DNA of 64,000 nt from Kribbella sp. (GTDB taxonomy: Bacteria > Actinomycetota > Actinomycetes > Propionibacteriales > Kribbellaceae): NCBI GenBank assembly GCA_036503355.1, contig DASXXB010000096.1, positions 41,776 to 105,775 of the forward strand, read 5' to 3'. The notes beneath the pieces are model-generated. The model was not told the DNA's origin. It did not search any database and worked only from the letters and a program-made list of their open reading frames with translations. Positions 54,380 to 62,358 of the stretch are shown one piece after another. The number at the start of each line of letters is the position of its first letter. Position 1 is the first letter of the stretch. A program made the position numbers and the translations under genes.

Positions 54380-55238
54380 TCGCCCAGATGTTGGTGATGT
54401 GATCGCCGTCGACGTCGAACGCGATGACGGTCTCGGTGACACCCTCGAACTGGATCACCAGGCCCGGCTGGCCGTTGACCGTGCGCTCCAGGAGCTGCCG
54501 GCCGAGCAGGAACAGCGGCAGCCCGGAGAAGTACTGCGCGACGTCGGTGCCGCCGTGCACGGGCTCGAGCGCCGCGGTCACGATGCCGCCACCGTCGGCG
54601 ACCGCGGTGACGTCGGGGTCGAGAATGCTGACCAGCGCCGGGATGTCGTTCGCTTCCCACGCCAGCTTGAACGCCCGGACCAGCTCCGCCCGTCGCGCCG
54701 ACGGCGCCGCCGGGTGCTCGGCCTCACGGATCCGCCGGCGGGCCGACGACGCCAGCTGCCGGCAGGCTGCGGGCGTCCGGCCGACGATCTCGGCCACCTC
54801 CGGGAACGGGTAGCGGAACACGTCGTGCAGGATGAACGACACCCGCTCGGCGGGCGTCATCGCGTCGAGCACGACCAGGAACGCCATGTTCACCGACTCG
54901 TCCAGCGTCACCCGGTCAGCCGGGTCTGCGGCACCGGACGGGCCGGTGTGCCACTCGGTGCTCTCCGGCAGCGGCTCCGGGATCCACTCACCGACGTACC
55001 GCTCCCGGCGGGCGCGCGCGGAGCGCAGCAGGTCCAGGCAGATCCGGCTCGCGACCTTGGTCAGCCAGGCGGCCGGGTTGTCGATCGCCTGCTGCTCGGC
55101 CGGGGTCATCGCGTACCAGCGTGCGTACGTCTCCTGAACCACGTCCTCGGCATCGGCCAGCGACCCGAGCAGCCGGTACGCCAGGTTGATCAGCTGGCGG
55201 CGTTCGCTCATGATCGCGCTCAGGCCGGGGTCGGTCAT
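54342..55238 (-). CDS. sigJ: ECF41 (SigJ-like) sigma factor with SnoaL-like C-terminal extension
   Basis: YVGEWIPEP, ADGGG, NPEKL motifs; alternative start 55256. Confidence 0.9.
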   Translation of the reverse strand: MTDPGLSAIMSERRQLINLAYRLLGSLADAEDVVQETYARWYAMTPAEQQAIDNPAAWLTKVASRICLDLLRSARARRERYVGEWIPEPLPESTEWHTGPSGAADPADRVTLDESVNMAFLVVLDAMTPAERVSFILHDVFRYPFPEVAEIVGRTPAACRQLASSARRRIREAEHPAAPSARRAELVRAFKLAWEANDIPALVSILDPDVTAVADGGGIVTAALEPVHGGTDVAQYFSGLPLFLLGRQLLERTVNGQPGLVIQFEGVTETVIAFDVDGDHITNIWAIRNPEKLQPWKS

Positions 55239-55264
55239 GTCGGTCCTCTCATCCATACCTGTAC

Positions 55265-55318
55265 GACGAGACGCTGCCGCGAACTGTGAGGTCTGACAAT
55301 CCGCCCGGCTGTGCCGTC
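55265..55318. promoter_or_regulatory. Back-to-back ECF41 promoters
   Basis: + strand TCTGACA-N16-CGTC (55292-55318); - strand CCTCACA-N16-CGTC (55291-55265). Confidence 0.75.
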
Positions 55319-55327
55319 GTACCGGTC

Positions 55328-55768
55328 ATGACAACACAGAACGCAACATCGCAGGCCGAGGTCCGCGCCGCCGTCGACCGGCTGGTAGAAGCCGTCCGGA
55401 CCGGAGACCTGGCGACACTGAAGACCATCTTCGCCCCCGACATCGTCTCGTTCGACATCCAGCCGCCGCTGCGGCACCCGGGCGCGGCGACCAAGCAGGC
55501 CAGCTGGGAGATGGTTTTCGAGGCCTTCGCGCTGCCGCTCGAGTACGAGGTCCTCGACCCGACCGTCCTCGTCGACGGCGACCTCGCGGTCGTCTACTCG
55601 CTCAACCACATGAACGCCACGATGAACGCGGGCCCGAAGATCGACTACTGGCTGCGGGCGACGTCGACGTGGCAGCGGATCGACGGCGAGTGGATGATCG
55701 TCCACGACCACGTCTCGGTGCCCACCAACTTCCTCGAAGGCACCGCGGCGATGGACCTCACGCCCTGA
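55328..55768 (+). CDS. SnoaL/NTF2-like (YybH-type) protein
   Basis: FAPDIVSFDI.PP, R.T, W.IVHDHVS.P. Confidence 0.88.
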   Translation: MTTQNATSQAEVRAAVDRLVEAVRTGDLATLKTIFAPDIVSFDIQPPLRHPGAATKQASWEMVFEAFALPLEYEVLDPTVLVDGDLAVVYSLNHMNATMNAGPKIDYWLRATSTWQRIDGEWMIVHDHVSVPTNFLEGTAAMDLTP

Positions 55769-56387
55769 GCCGGGCGCTTCCGAGGATGTGCGGGCCGGCC
55801 GGCGTGCTGCGGCCGGGCGGGAACTCGAAGGCGTCGAGCTCCTCGATCGCGAAGCCGGCCGCGGTAATGGCACCCGCGGTGTCGCGGTGCGTGTGGCAGC
55901 CGCCGACGAGCAGCGGCCACAAGGTGGCGTCGGCGATCCGCTGAACGGTGGCCAGGCGGCGACCGGGTTCGGCTGCGACATGTTCGTAGAACCTGAGCTC
56001 GCCGCCCGGCCGCAGTACGCGCCGCGCTTCGGCCAGCGCGGCGGCTTGGTCCGGGACCGAGCAGAGCACGAGAGACACCACCACGACATCGGCCGACGCG
56101 TCCGCGGCCGGCAGGCGGTCCGCCGTACCTTCGACGACGTCGACCGGGACGGGCGCCGACGCGGCCTGGGCTCGGGCGTGTGCGCGCAGGTAGGGCTCGG
56201 GTTCGACGGCGAGGACGCTGACGACCTCGGGTGGGTAGTGCGCGAAGTTCCCGCCGTCGCCCGCACCCACCTCGACGACCCGTCCCGACGTACCGGCCAG
56301 CAGCCGCCGGCGGTGACCGGTGGCGCCTTGCTCGTCCAGCGCGGGGCGGACGCGGGCGTACAGGCGGGCGAAGAGCGGACGTTTCAT
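55758..56387 (-). CDS. Class I SAM-dependent methyltransferase
   Basis: VEVGAGDG, VEPEP, LVLCSV, VLRPGG, FYEH. Confidence 0.9.
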   Translation of the reverse strand: MKRPLFARLYARVRPALDEQGATGHRRRLLAGTSGRVVEVGAGDGGNFAHYPPEVVSVLAVEPEPYLRAHARAQAASAPVPVDVVEGTADRLPAADASADVVVVSLVLCSVPDQAAALAEARRVLRPGGELRFYEHVAAEPGRRLATVQRIADATLWPLLVGGCHTHRDTAGAITAAGFAIEELDAFEFPPGRSTPAGPHILGSARLRA

Positions 56388-56471
56388 GAACCCACGATGC
56401 CAGAGTGTCGGATCGCGCCGTCCGCCGATCGTCTTCTGGGTGACAGTTGTTCGTCACCAGAGGAGACCGCA

Positions 56472-56879
56472 GTGCCTACCAACGTTTCTGCCGTGAAGAT
56501 CATCGACATCGTGGTGTCCGACCTCGGCGCCGCGATCGAGTTCTACCGCCGGCTCGGGCTCGAGTTCGAGCGCGACCAGTACATGCCCGACGACCACGCC
56601 GGCTGTGACCTGCCCAACGGTCTGCACCTGATGCTCGACACCGACGCGGCCCGGGGCAAGATCACCGCCGGCTGGACGCCGCCCAAGCTCGGCCGGATCT
56701 TCCTCACCTTCGAGTACGCCACCCCCGCCGAGGTCGATGCGGCGTACGCCGAGCTTGTTGCGGCCGGCGTGACCGGGCTGCAGGAGCCGTACGACGTGCC
56801 GTGGGGGATGCGTTACGCGACCGTCGCGGATCCGTCCGGGAACGGTGTCGATCTCTACGCCACCCTGCCCGCGTCCTGA
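56472..56879 (+). CDS. VOC family protein
   Basis: AIEFYRRLG, PYDVPWGMRYATVADPSGN; GAGGAG RBS with GTG start. Confidence 0.88.
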   Translation: MPTNVSAVKIIDIVVSDLGAAIEFYRRLGLEFERDQYMPDDHAGCDLPNGLHLMLDTDAARGKITAGWTPPKLGRIFLTFEYATPAEVDAAYAELVAAGVTGLQEPYDVPWGMRYATVADPSGNGVDLYATLPAS

Positions 56880-56907
56880 GCCAGACTGTCTGCGAGGAGG
56901 TGTGCAG

Positions 56908-57255
56908 GTGAAGTATGTGCTGATGTTCGTCGAGACCGAGGAGTTCGCGCAGGAGTTCGCGGCGCTCGGGCCGGCCGAGCGCGAAGCGGCGTACCAGCGG
57001 GTCTACCAGTGGTTCGACGACTACAAGGACAAGATCACGAACCGGGGCAGCAAGCTGCAGGGCGCCGAGACCGCGACCACGGTCCGGCTGTCCGGTGGCA
57101 CGGTGATGACCACCGACGGGCCCTTCATCGAGGGCAAGGAAGTGGTGTCCGGGTTCGCCGAGATCGAGGTCGAGGACCTCGACGAAGCGCTGCGGATGGT
57201 GCGGACCTGGCCGGCCTGCCCGGTGGTCGAGATCCGGCCGGTCGTCAAGATGTGA
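56908..57255 (+). CDS. YciI/DGPF family protein
   Basis: TDGPFIEGKE, VEIRPV. Confidence 0.9.
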   Translation: MKYVLMFVETEEFAQEFAALGPAEREAAYQRVYQWFDDYKDKITNRGSKLQGAETATTVRLSGGTVMTTDGPFIEGKEVVSGFAEIEVEDLDEALRMVRTWPACPVVEIRPVVKM

Positions 57256-58478
57256 CGCCGGTGCCGAGTACCCAGGACGAGCTCGCCCGCGTGGTCCGCG
57301 ACCACGCGGGCCGGCTCGCGGGTGCGCTGGTGTCGTTGCTCGGCGACTTCGCCGCGGCCGAGGATCTGGTGCAGGACGCCGTCGAGATCGCGCTCAAGCG
57401 CTGGCCGGTGGAGGGCATCCCGGAGCGGCCGGACGCGTGGCTGTTCACGGTCGCGAAGCGCCGCGGTCTCGACGTACTGCGTCGTCAGCAGAACTACCGC
57501 GCGAAGCTGGCCGAGCTCGAGCCGCCGGTCCAGCCGCCGCCGGACGACCGGCTGCGGCTGATCTTCACCTGCTGCCACCCGGCGCTGGCCCGCGAAGCGC
57601 AGGTCGCGCTGACGCTCCGGGTGGTGTGCGGCCTCACGACGGGGCAGATCGCGGCTGCCTTCCTGGCGTCGGAGGCGGCCGTCGGGCAGCGGATCACGCG
57701 AGCCAAGCGCAAGATCACCGACGCGGGCATCCCGTACCGGATCCCGCGCGACGACGAGTTGCCCGAGCGGCTGTCCGAAGTACTGACCGTCATCTACCTG
57801 CTCTTCAACGAGGGCTACCTGTCCAGTACGGCGGAACGCGCGCACTCGCGTGACCTCGTCGACGACGCCGAATGGCTGACCGCGCTCCTGCACGGGCTGC
57901 TGCCGAACGAGCCCGAGGTCGCGGGCCTGCTCGCGCTGATCCGCCTGCATCGCGCCCGTACGGCGGCCCGCTTCACGCCGAACCTGGTGCTGCTCGCGGA
58001 CCAGGACCGCACCTTGTGGGACCACTCCGCGATCGCCGAGGCGACCGCACTCCTGACCCGCACGGCCCGCCGCCATCGCGCGCCCGGTCCGTACCAGCTC
58101 CAGGCCGCGATCGCTGCCTGCCACAGCGAGGCGGCGACCTGGTCGGAGACCGACTGGCCGCAGATCCTCGTCCTGTACGACATGCTGCTGGTCCTGCAAC
58201 CGAGCCCCGTGACCTGCCTGCACCGCTCGATCGCACTGTCGTATGTGCGCGGATCAGCGTCCGCCCTGACCGAGCTCGACGCGCTGTCCGACGAGCTGGA
58301 CGGCTACCCGCTGTTCCACGCGACCCGCGCCCAGTTCCTCCGCGACCTCGACCGCCCCGCCGAGGCCCACGCCGCCGACGAACGCGCCGCCGAACTCACC
58401 ACGAACCCCGCGCAGCTGGACCTGCTGCACGAGCGCCTCGCGCACCGGAAGGAGAACCGGACATGGCAACGATCGTGA
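57252..58478 (+). CDS. ECF42 sigma factor with C-terminal TPR extension
   Basis: DDRLRLIFTCCHPAL, FNEGY, QDRTLWD, GPYQLQAAI; GTGA-coupled to the DGPF gene. Confidence 0.92.
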   Translation: MTPVPSTQDELARVVRDHAGRLAGALVSLLGDFAAAEDLVQDAVEIALKRWPVEGIPERPDAWLFTVAKRRGLDVLRRQQNYRAKLAELEPPVQPPPDDRLRLIFTCCHPALAREAQVALTLRVVCGLTTGQIAAAFLASEAAVGQRITRAKRKITDAGIPYRIPRDDELPERLSEVLTVIYLLFNEGYLSSTAERAHSRDLVDDAEWLTALLHGLLPNEPEVAGLLALIRLHRARTAARFTPNLVLLADQDRTLWDHSAIAEATALLTRTARRHRAPGPYQLQAAIAACHSEAATWSETDWPQILVLYDMLLVLQPSPVTCLHRSIALSYVRGSASALTELDALSDELDGYPLFHATRAQFLRDLDRPAEAHAADERAAELTTNPAQLDLLHERLAHRKENRTWQRS

Positions 58479-58900
58479 CCAAGGTCGAGGTCGAACGGAA
58501 CGCCGACGAGGTGTTCGCGTACGTCACCGACCCGGACCATTTCCCCGAGTGGCAGTCGAACGTGACCAGCGGGCATCTCGAGGGCGGCGCGCCGGTGGTC
58601 GGCGCGAAATGCCTGACGACGCGCAAGATCGGTGGCCGGGAACGGGACGTGACGTCCCGGCTGACCGTGTTCGACCCGCCGCGGTCGTGGGCGGTGCGCG
58701 GCGAGGACGGCCCGATCCGCGCAACCGTCAAGGTGACCGTCGAGCCGATCAGCGGCCGCGACGCCAGCACGGTGACCATCGGCCTCGACTTCGAGGGCCA
58801 CGGCATCGGCAAGCTCCTGGTGCCGCTGATCGTCGTACCGCAGTCCCGTAAGGAGATGCCCGCCAACCTGGCCCGCCTGAAGACCAACCTCGAGCGTTAG
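58463..58900 (+). CDS. SRPBCC/START family protein
   Basis: EVFAYVTDP..FPEWQ, C-terminal NLARLK helix. Confidence 0.85.
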   Translation: MATIVTKVEVERNADEVFAYVTDPDHFPEWQSNVTSGHLEGGAPVVGAKCLTTRKIGGRERDVTSRLTVFDPPRSWAVRGEDGPIRATVKVTVEPISGRDASTVTIGLDFEGHGIGKLLVPLIVVPQSRKEMPANLARLKTNLER

Positions 58901-59550
58901 ACGCTGCGCAGTACCGAGACGACGACGCCGAGGATCGTGGCGTTGTCGCCGTCGATCACGTCGTACGCCGGGTTCCGGGGCTCGAGGTACACGTGGCCGT
59001 TGCGCCGGCGGTACACCTTGACGGTGGCTTCCTCGTCGATCATCGCGGCGACGATCTGGCCGGAGTGCGCCTCGGCCTGCTGCCGCACCACGACGATGTC
59101 GCCGTCGCAGATCGCCGCGTCGATCATCGACTCACCACGGACCCGCAGGCCGAACACGGTGCCGCGGCCGGTCAGGCCGCGGGGGAGCTGCAGTACGTCG
59201 TCCACGTGCTCGACCGCGGCGATCGGCGTACCGGCCGCGATGTCGCCGACCACCGGGACCGGGACGTTCTCGTCGCTCGTGGACTGCTTGGTGGTGTCCT
59301 GCAGGAACATCCGGACGTCGATCGGCCGCGACACCGACGGGCTCCGGCGCAGGAAGCCCTTGTCCTCCAGGCTGGCGAGGTGCTTCGACACCGACGACGA
59401 GGACCGCAGCCCGACCGCGTCACCGATCTGCCGGCTGCTCGGCGGGTATCCGTGCCGCGTCACCCAGTCCCGGATCACCACCAGAATCCGCTGCTGCCGC
59501 TCCGGAAGCGCACCAGTGTCCAGGTCGCCGAACAGATCAAGATCAGTCAC
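58897..59550 (-). CDS. lexA: LexA repressor (probably an accessory second copy)
   Basis: GYPPS.R.IG.AVGL.S.S.V..HL, IAAG cleavage site, VRGESM (Ser), ATVK (Lys). Confidence 0.9.
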   Translation of the reverse strand: MTDLDLFGDLDTGALPERQQRILVVIRDWVTRHGYPPSSRQIGDAVGLRSSSSVSKHLASLEDKGFLRRSPSVSRPIDVRMFLQDTTKQSTSDENVPVPVVGDIAAGTPIAAVEHVDDVLQLPRGLTGRGTVFGLRVRGESMIDAAICDGDIVVVRQQAEAHSGQIVAAMIDEEATVKVYRRRNGHVYLEPRNPAYDVIDGDNATILGVVVSVLRSV

Positions 59551-59614
59551 CGCGAAATCCTAGAACTCCGGCGCCTGTTGGTGGCACTCCGACCCGCAAT
59601 GAAAGGGTGCGAGT

Positions 59615-60412
59615 GTGGATGGTCCTGAAGAGCGGGTGCTGGCGGCGTTCGGGGTGTCGGAGCCCGCGGTGCGGTTGGTGGGTGGACAGGGGGAGACGTG
59701 GCGTTCTGGTGGGGTGGTGCTCAAGCGGGCCGATAGTGAGAGTGCCTGGCGGGCTGAGGTGTTGAGTGAGTTGCCGGAGTCGAACGAGTTCCGGGTGCCA
59801 CGGCCGGTCCGGGCGGCTGGTGGGGAGTGGGTTGCGTTCGGGTGGGAGGCGAGTGAGTTGCTGGTTGGGGCGACCGACGTGCGACGGCAGGACGACGTGC
59901 TCGTTGCCGCGGCCGCGTTTCACGAAGCAGTTGCTCAGCTCCCGCGGCCGCACTTCCTCGACGCGCGACACGATCCGTGGGCGGACGGCGATCGCGTCGC
60001 CTGGCGTGAACAGTCGTACGCCGGGACACCGCCGTACGACGAACTTGCCGGGCCGCTCGTCGACGCCTGGCGACCGGTGGACTTGCCGGCACAGGTGGTA
60101 CACGGCGATCTGCCCGGGAACGTGATGTTCGCCGACGGGTTGCCCCCGGCGATCATCGACTGGCCCGTGTACTGGCGGCCACCGGCGTGGGCGGCGGCTG
60201 TTGCGGTGGCGGATGCACTCTGCTGGTACGGCGCCGAGCCGGCACTCGCCGCGCGCTGGGCGCACCTGCCGGAATGGGGCCAGATGCTGATCCGGGCGCT
60301 GCTCTACCGGATGACGACCGACGACCTGGCGGGCGGAGCAGCAACCTGGACGGAGGCCCGGCGCGCGGGCTACCGGCCGGTGATCGAGCTGGCACTCTCG
60401 TACAGCGGCTGA
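59615..60412 (+). CDS. Aminoglycoside-phosphotransferase-like kinase (TIGR02569-like)
   Basis: VVLK, RVPRP, HGDLPGN, IIDW. Confidence 0.8.
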   Translation: MDGPEERVLAAFGVSEPAVRLVGGQGETWRSGGVVLKRADSESAWRAEVLSELPESNEFRVPRPVRAAGGEWVAFGWEASELLVGATDVRRQDDVLVAAAAFHEAVAQLPRPHFLDARHDPWADGDRVAWREQSYAGTPPYDELAGPLVDAWRPVDLPAQVVHGDLPGNVMFADGLPPAIIDWPVYWRPPAWAAAVAVADALCWYGAEPALAARWAHLPEWGQMLIRALLYRMTTDDLAGGAATWTEARRAGYRPVIELALSYSG

Positions 60413-61566
60413 TCGTTCAGCTGTGTGCGGGCGGCCGCTCGGCGAGCAAGTGGAACGGTGCCGGCGGCAAGGATTGCGAGGGCGGCGCCGATCCAGCCGA
60501 CGGACGAGTAGCCGGCGCCCGCGTCGAGGGCCAGACCGCCGAGCCACGGGCCGACCGTGATGCCGACGTTGAATGCGGAGATGTTGAACGCGGCGGCCAG
60601 CGTCGGCGCGGAGCCGGCGACGCTGAACACCCGCGAGTTCACGGCCGGGTTGGTGCCGAACCCGAATGTGCCGACCAGAACGATCGCGGGTACGGCGAGC
60701 CACGGCGTGCCGGTGGCCAGGGCCAGGATCACCGCGGCGGCCACCACCCCGGCGAGGCTGACGACGAGCGTGCCGAACGGGCGCCGGTCGGCGGTTCGTC
60801 CGCTGATCGTGATGCCGAGCAGCGCGCCGACGCCGTACAACGCCAGAATCACGGGCACCCACCCTTCGGACAGGCCGGTGGGACCGGTGAGCAGTGGCGC
60901 GAGGTAGCTGAAGATCACCAGGATCGCGCCGGTCGACAATGCCGTCGTGCCGTACGCGAGCCACAGCTGCGGATTCACCATGCTGCGTAGCTCTTCGCGC
61001 AGTTGCGGGACGCTCTCCGACCGGCCGCGCGGGATCGTGGTGACGACGCCGACGATCGCGAGCACCGACAGTGCGGCGACCGCCCAGAATGCGGAGCGCC
61101 AGCCGAGGTGCTGGCCGAGCAACGTCCCGGCGGGGAGTCCGACGATCGTCGCCACGGTGAGGCCGCCGGCGAGGATGCTCATCGCCTTCGCCCGAGCCTT
61201 CGGGCCGGCCAGCTCGATGGCGGTCACGGACGCGACCGCCCAGAATCCGGCGTACACGAAGGCACCTGCGACGCGGGTCGCGAGCAGGATGCCGTACGAC
61301 GACGTGAGCGCGCCGGCCACATGGGTCAGCGCGAAGATCGTCAGGAACGCGAGCATCGCCGCGCGTCGCGACCAGCGCAGCGTGCCGACGGCCAGGATCG
61401 GGGCGCCGACCAGCATGCCGACCGCGAACGCGGAGATCAGCAGGCCGGCGGCGGGGATCGACACGTCGAGGTCGGTCGCAATCTCGGGCAGCAGGCCGGC
61501 GAGCATCAGCTCGGACGTGCCCTGGGCAAAGATCGCCAGGCCGAGCAGATAGACAGCGCGAGGCAT
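60370..61566 (-). CDS. Cmx/CmrA-like MFS efflux transporter
   Basis: AIFAQGTSELMLAGLL, G.TVAT.VG.PAGT.LG..LGWR, SAFNVG. Confidence 0.88.
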   Translation of the reverse strand: MPRAVYLLGLAIFAQGTSELMLAGLLPEIATDLDVSIPAAGLLISAFAVGMLVGAPILAVGTLRWSRRAAMLAFLTIFALTHVAGALTSSYGILLATRVAGAFVYAGFWAVASVTAIELAGPKARAKAMSILAGGLTVATIVGLPAGTLLGQHLGWRSAFWAVAALSVLAIVGVVTTIPRGRSESVPQLREELRSMVNPQLWLAYGTTALSTGAILVIFSYLAPLLTGPTGLSEGWVPVILALYGVGALLGITISGRTADRRPFGTLVVSLAGVVAAAVILALATGTPWLAVPAIVLVGTFGFGTNPAVNSRVFSVAGSAPTLAAAFNISAFNVGITVGPWLGGLALDAGAGYSSVGWIGAALAILAAGTVPLARRAAARTQLNDQPLYESASSITGR

Positions 61567-61614
61567 GGAAGTCCTCTCGGGGATGGGATCGATCGGTTCA
61601 GAACGCGAGCAGGA

Positions 61615-62190
61615 TCAGAAGCTGCGCAGGGTTGCTTCGACGACGGCGCGCTGGCTCTCGGGCGCCGCACCGCGGCGTGCGGCGACTCGCAGGCCGCCGA
61701 GGACGGTGAAGACGTACGCCGCGAGTCCGGCGGCGTCCTGCTCCGCGTCGAGTTCACCAGCGGTCTGCGCCGCCCGGATCGCCGCGGTCAGGGCGGCCAG
61801 CTTGACCTCGTGGTCGCGGTCGAGCAGGCCGGTGATGTCGGCGTCCTTCGGACCGAGCTCGACGATCGTGTTGATCACGAAGCAGCCGGCCGGCTCGTCG
61901 GGGTCCGGCTCGACGGCGGTCCACAGGATCCGGCGGATCCGCTCGCGGATCGGCAGCGTCTCGTCCTGGATGAGCTCGAGCTGAGCGGCGGTGAAGCGGT
62001 CGACGTACCGCCGCAGCGCCCGGTCGAACAGGTCGTGCTTGCTGCTGAACGCGTTGTAAATGCTGCTCCGGCCGAGGCCGGTCGCCTCGCAGAGGTCCTG
62101 TGTCGACGTCGCCTCGTAGCCGGAGGACCAGAACAGGTGCATCGCGGCGTCGACGGCGCGATCCTCGTCGAAGGTCCTCGGTCTCGGCAT
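61615..62190 (-). CDS. TetR/AcrR family regulator
   Basis: MPRPRTFD, GLGRSSIYNAF, GCFVIN. Confidence 0.92.
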   Translation of the reverse strand: MPRPRTFDEDRAVDAAMHLFWSSGYEATSTQDLCEATGLGRSSIYNAFSSKHDLFDRALRRYVDRFTAAQLELIQDETLPIRERIRRILWTAVEPDPDEPAGCFVINTIVELGPKDADITGLLDRDHEVKLAALTAAIRAAQTAGELDAEQDAAGLAAYVFTVLGGLRVAARRGAAPESQRAVVEATLRSF

Positions 62191-62358
62191 GACATCGAGC
62201 CTAGCACGTTATGCACTGATCGATCCAAAACAATCCTGGCATCCGCAGCCGATAGCATCTGCGCATCGGGGCGAGTGCCGGACGCTCTTCGACAGCGGAC
62301 CCGGCGCTCGCCTTCACTTGGGGGCACTGCACCGCCTACTTCGAATCTGGGGAGCAAT

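Noticed and set aside
52237..56387. Secondary-metabolite cluster (AurF, SnoaL, methyltransferase)
   Set aside because: No scaffold-forming enzyme; mixed orientations; the SnoaL gene is better explained as the ECF41 target.
56846..56875. Internal ECF42 promoter TGTCGA...CGTC before the DGPF gene
   Set aside because: The 20-bp spacer is too long, and the sequence is explained by VOC coding constraints.
59615..61566. Acquired antibiotic-resistance cassette (APH-like kinase + Cmx-like MFS)
   Set aside because: The genes are convergent and have no mobile-element context; both families are widespread in actinobacteria and substrates cannot be read from sequence.
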